Shown piece after piece: positions 46,827 through 49,427 of a stretch of 49,427 nt of DNA (positions are counted from its first letter, which is position 1; every line of letters starts with the position of its first letter). The DNA comes from an uncultured Acidimicrobiaceae bacterium. GTDB taxonomy: Bacteria; Actinomycetota; Acidimicrobiia; Spongiisociales; ZC4RG35. A program made the translations under genes and the position numbers. The stretch lies in contig CAZSMJ010000001.1 in assembly GCA_964608055.1 (NCBI GenBank), positions 1 through 49,427 on the forward strand. The letters are read 5' to 3'. The notes beneath the pieces are model-generated. The model was not told the DNA's origin and ran no database searches. It saw only the letters and a program-made list of their open reading frames with translations.

Positions 46827-46953
46827 CTCTACATCGTAAGTCAAGAGTGGTCTCCTCGGGTGTTGTCGAAGCAGCATGCCGTGGGATTGACAGTGCTTAC
46901 ACCGTATGCTTACAGTGTAGACACTTGCAGTCGAAGAGCAACAGGAGAAGCTG

Positions 46954-49155
46954 ATGTCATTGGGGACCGAGAGCCTGGCTAGGGCCAGCGCCAAGAGACC
47001 GTGGAGAACGGTTGCGATCTGGTTGGTACTGCTGGTCGCCGCCGGCATCGTCACCTCACAGCTTCTCGCCGGAGCGCTCACCACCACCATCGGTTTCACC
47101 GACGAGCCCGAGTCGGTGACGGCCATCAATCTGGCCGAGGAGCTGCGTGGCGAGACCCCCGACACCGAGTTCGTGGTCGTCACCTCCGAGACGGCAAAAG
47201 TAGGTGACCCCGAGTACGTCGACTATGTCACCGAGCTCGAGGCCGAAATCGCAGCGCTGAATCCCGACGTGATCATGAGTGTCGGCTCCTATCTCGACGA
47301 GACCGGCCCGGTGTCAGAGTCCGAACGCTCGGCCCTGCTCCCGGTGGTCATCGCCGGTCAGGACGCGGACTTGATCGGCGACCACGCCGCCCTGCTCAAG
47401 GAGACAGTCGCCGCAGTGCCGGCTCCTGATGGCTTCCAGGGGCTGATTGCCGGGCCGGCGACGCTGACCAATGACTTCAACGCGATTGCGGAGGAGGATC
47501 TGCGCACCGGTGAGACCATCGGGATCGGCGTGGCCTTGGTCGTCCTCGTGCTCGTGTTCGGCACCGTTGCATCCGGGGTGATCCCGATCATCCTCGCCGT
47601 GGTTGCCATCGCCATCGCGATGGGGCTAGCCGCGCTTGTGGGTCAGTTCTTCGACCTCAGCTTCTTCATCACCAACATGATCACCATGATCGGTCTGGCG
47701 GTCGGGATCGATTACTCGCTGTTCATCGTCTCTCGCTATCGAGAAGAACGCGGTCATGGCATGGACAAGCTCGATGCGATCGAACGTGCCGGCGCCACGG
47801 CAACCCGAGCCGTGTTCTTCTCCGGGCTCACCGTGGTCCTGGCCCTCGTCGGGATGCTGATCCTCCCCAACACCCTGTTCCGAGCCCTCGGCACCGGGGC
47901 CATCCTCGTCGTGATCGTCGCCGTGGGCGCGTCTTTGACCCTGCTTCCGGCCGTGCTGTCCCTGATGGGGGACCGGATCGACTCCTTCAAGGTGCGCCGC
48001 CGCCGCTCTCCTGACGAGACCGGGCGCTTCTGGGAACGTTGGACCCACGTCGTCATGGGCCGCCCGATCATCAGCCTTGTTCTTTCCGCTGGGCTCTTGA
48101 TCCTGGCCGCAAGCAGCATGTTCTCGATGAACAGTGGACTCTCCGGTGTGTCGACCCTCCCCGACGACATGGAGTCCAAAGTGGCATTTGAGATCCTGAC
48201 GACCGAGTTCGCCGGCGGGCTCACGTCGCCTGTCGACGTAGTCGTGACCGGGACGGGGGTCGATGACACGCTGACTGCCCTCCAGGCCGAGATCGCCGCC
48301 GATGGTGGGTTTGGCGCCTCGACGGTGGATCCGGCGTCGACCGCGACCCTGGGGATCCTCTCCGTGCAGTTGCTCGGTGACGTGAACTCGATTGCCTCCC
48401 AGGATGCGGTGCGCCACCTACGCGCCGACATCGTGCCCGGGGCGACTGCAGCCGAAATCTCGGTTTATGTCGGTGGAGAGACCGCAATCACAGTCGACTT
48501 CCTCGATCAGATCGACACCTACACCCCGATCGTCTTCGCCGTGGTGCTGGGGCTCAGCTTCATCCTGTTGTTGCTTGCTTTCCGCTCCGTCGTGATCCCG
48601 GCCAAAGCGATCGCAATGAACCTGCTTTCGGTTGGCGCGGCGTACGGAATGGTGGTTGCCATGTTCCAGGAGGGCGTCGGCCCGGCTTGGCTCAAGGAGG
48701 TCGGCGCGTTCCTTGGCCTCGAGCGGGTGGAGACGATCGAGGCCTGGCTCCCACTGTTCTTGTTCTCGATCCTGTTCGGGCTGTCGATGGACTATCACGT
48801 GTTCTTGCTCTCGAGAATCAAAGAGCGTTACGACCAGACCGGAAACAACACCGATTCGGTGGCCTATGGTTTGCGCACCACCGGAGCACTGATCACGGGC
48901 GCCGCTGTGATCATGGTTGCGGTCTTCGCCGGCTTCGCTGCGGGGCGCCTGGTCTCATTCCAACAGATGGGGTTCGGGCTGGCGATCGCGGTCCTAATCG
49001 ACGCCACCGTGGTTCGTTCGATCCTGGTCCCCGCCTCGATGAGGCTGCTCGGTGACTGGAACTGGTATTTCCCCAAATGGCTGGAGTGGCTCCCCAACGT
49101 ATCGGTGGAAGGCCACTTCGAGACCGAATCGACTCCGGAGCCGGTCAGAGCCTGA
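46954..49155 (+). CDS. MMPL family (RND superfamily) membrane transporter
   Basis: Two 6-TM bundles with conserved GVDYSLF/GLSMDYHVFLLSRIKE motifs and two extracytoplasmic loops. GGAG SD before the ATG. Confidence 0.9.
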   Translation: MSLGTESLARASAKRPWRTVAIWLVLLVAAGIVTSQLLAGALTTTIGFTDEPESVTAINLAEELRGETPDTEFVVVTSETAKVGDPEYVDYVTELEAEIAALNPDVIMSVGSYLDETGPVSESERSALLPVVIAGQDADLIGDHAALLKETVAAVPAPDGFQGLIAGPATLTNDFNAIAEEDLRTGETIGIGVALVVLVLVFGTVASGVIPIILAVVAIAIAMGLAALVGQFFDLSFFITNMITMIGLAVGIDYSLFIVSRYREERGHGMDKLDAIERAGATATRAVFFSGLTVVLALVGMLILPNTLFRALGTGAILVVIVAVGASLTLLPAVLSLMGDRIDSFKVRRRRSPDETGRFWERWTHVVMGRPIISLVLSAGLLILAASSMFSMNSGLSGVSTLPDDMESKVAFEILTTEFAGGLTSPVDVVVTGTGVDDTLTALQAEIAADGGFGASTVDPASTATLGILSVQLLGDVNSIASQDAVRHLRADIVPGATAAEISVYVGGETAITVDFLDQIDTYTPIVFAVVLGLSFILLLLAFRSVVIPAKAIAMNLLSVGAAYGMVVAMFQEGVGPAWLKEVGAFLGLERVETIEAWLPLFLFSILFGLSMDYHVFLLSRIKERYDQTGNNTDSVAYGLRTTGALITGAAVIMVAVFAGFAAGRLVSFQQMGFGLAIAVLIDATVVRSILVPASMRLLGDWNWYFPKWLEWLPNVSVEGHFETESTPEPVRA

Positions 49156-49167
49156 GAACGGGCGAGA

Positions 49168-49427
49168 TCAGGAAACGAGATTGTCGGCATACCAACGCAA
49201 TGAGCGCTGGTATGCCTCGAGCGGCCCCGGGTTGGTCAGCATCAGGTCCAACAACTCCGATACCGCCTGATCGGCATGCCCCGCGCTCGTCAATGCCAGG
49301 GCGAGGAAGGCCCGGGCGGCCCGGTTCCCTGGGTTTTCGATGCAGACCTGGGTGAGGATCTGGACTGCCTCCTCGTTCTCACCGAGATTGCGCAGAGTGC
49401 TGGCCAATTGGATGCGAGCCCTGAGTT
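49168..49427 (-). CDS. TPR repeat protein, C-terminal part only (N-terminus lies beyond the window)
   Basis: TPR-like helices (ALALTSAGHADQAVSELLD). The reading frame stays open to the window edge. Confidence 0.5.
   Translation of the reverse strand, partial: LRARIQLASTLRNLGENEEAVQILTQVCIENPGNRAARAFLALALTSAGHADQAVSELLDLMLTNPGPLEAYQRSLRWYADNLVS

Noticed and set aside
1-49427. Search for CRISPR arrays, IS elements, integrases, prophage genes, toxin-antitoxin pairs and known defence-system signatures.
   Set aside because: I found no regularly spaced direct repeats, no transposase or recombinase-like ORFs, and no terminal inverted repeats flanking a block. The only helicase/NTPase genes look like housekeeping or signalling types.

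Overview
This is a high-GC, densely coding chromosomal segment. The gene content looks like Actinomycetota, possibly Acidimicrobiia-like (inference from truncated haemoglobin N, a stand-alone LigD polymerase domain, MMPL, LtrA, an LLM oxidoreductase, an ECF sigma with a SnoaL-like tail, and class III cyclases). I support about 45 protein genes. I see no rRNA or tRNA genes, no CRISPR array, and no transposase, integrase or phage genes.

Gene blocks:
1. 227-5348: a corrinoid-type methyltransferase cluster. It holds a 2Fe-2S/ASKHA RACo-like activator, a non-pyrrolysine MttB homologue, MetF and an IclR regulator.
2. 5692-9789 (minus strand): a class III cyclase-STAND-TPR protein whose stop codon abuts the start of a Zn-dependent alcohol dehydrogenase.
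3. 9850-12276: a 116-aa unknown protein, a 59-aa Cys/His-rich ORF absent from the ORF track, truncated haemoglobin N, and a DUF445 protein.
4. 12889-19346: an SPFH protein, a UvrD-like helicase with an extra N-terminal domain and a C-terminal HRDC, dinB preceded by a perfect LexA box, a stand-alone LigD polymerase-domain protein, and a Rieske protein.
5. 21677-23557: an ECF sigma factor divergent from an internally duplicated unknown protein, with a structured intergenic region between them.
6. 25919-36674: a complete galactan/galactose locus (LacI, GH42, GH53 lipoprotein, ABC binding protein plus two permeases, GalT, GalK).
7. 36756-49427: lon, GNAT, SRPBCC, LLM oxidoreductase, LtrA, a SnoaL-like protein, a PLP lyase, a second cyclase protein, a TetR/MMPL pair, and a truncated TPR gene.

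Many ORF-track starts are upstream artefacts, and I re-set them from homology-style N-termini and Shine-Dalgarno (SD) spacing.

I do not see a clear-cut novel defence or mobile system. The items most worth a second look are:
- the MttB/RACo/MetF cluster, which has no corrinoid protein in view;
- GalT, whose conserved N-terminus has no canonical start codon;
- the unlisted Cys/His mini-protein cluster next to trHbN;
- the SOS-box dinB / primase-polymerase pair;
- the ECF sigma intergenic region.

All functional calls come from motif recognition by eye. No database search was run.
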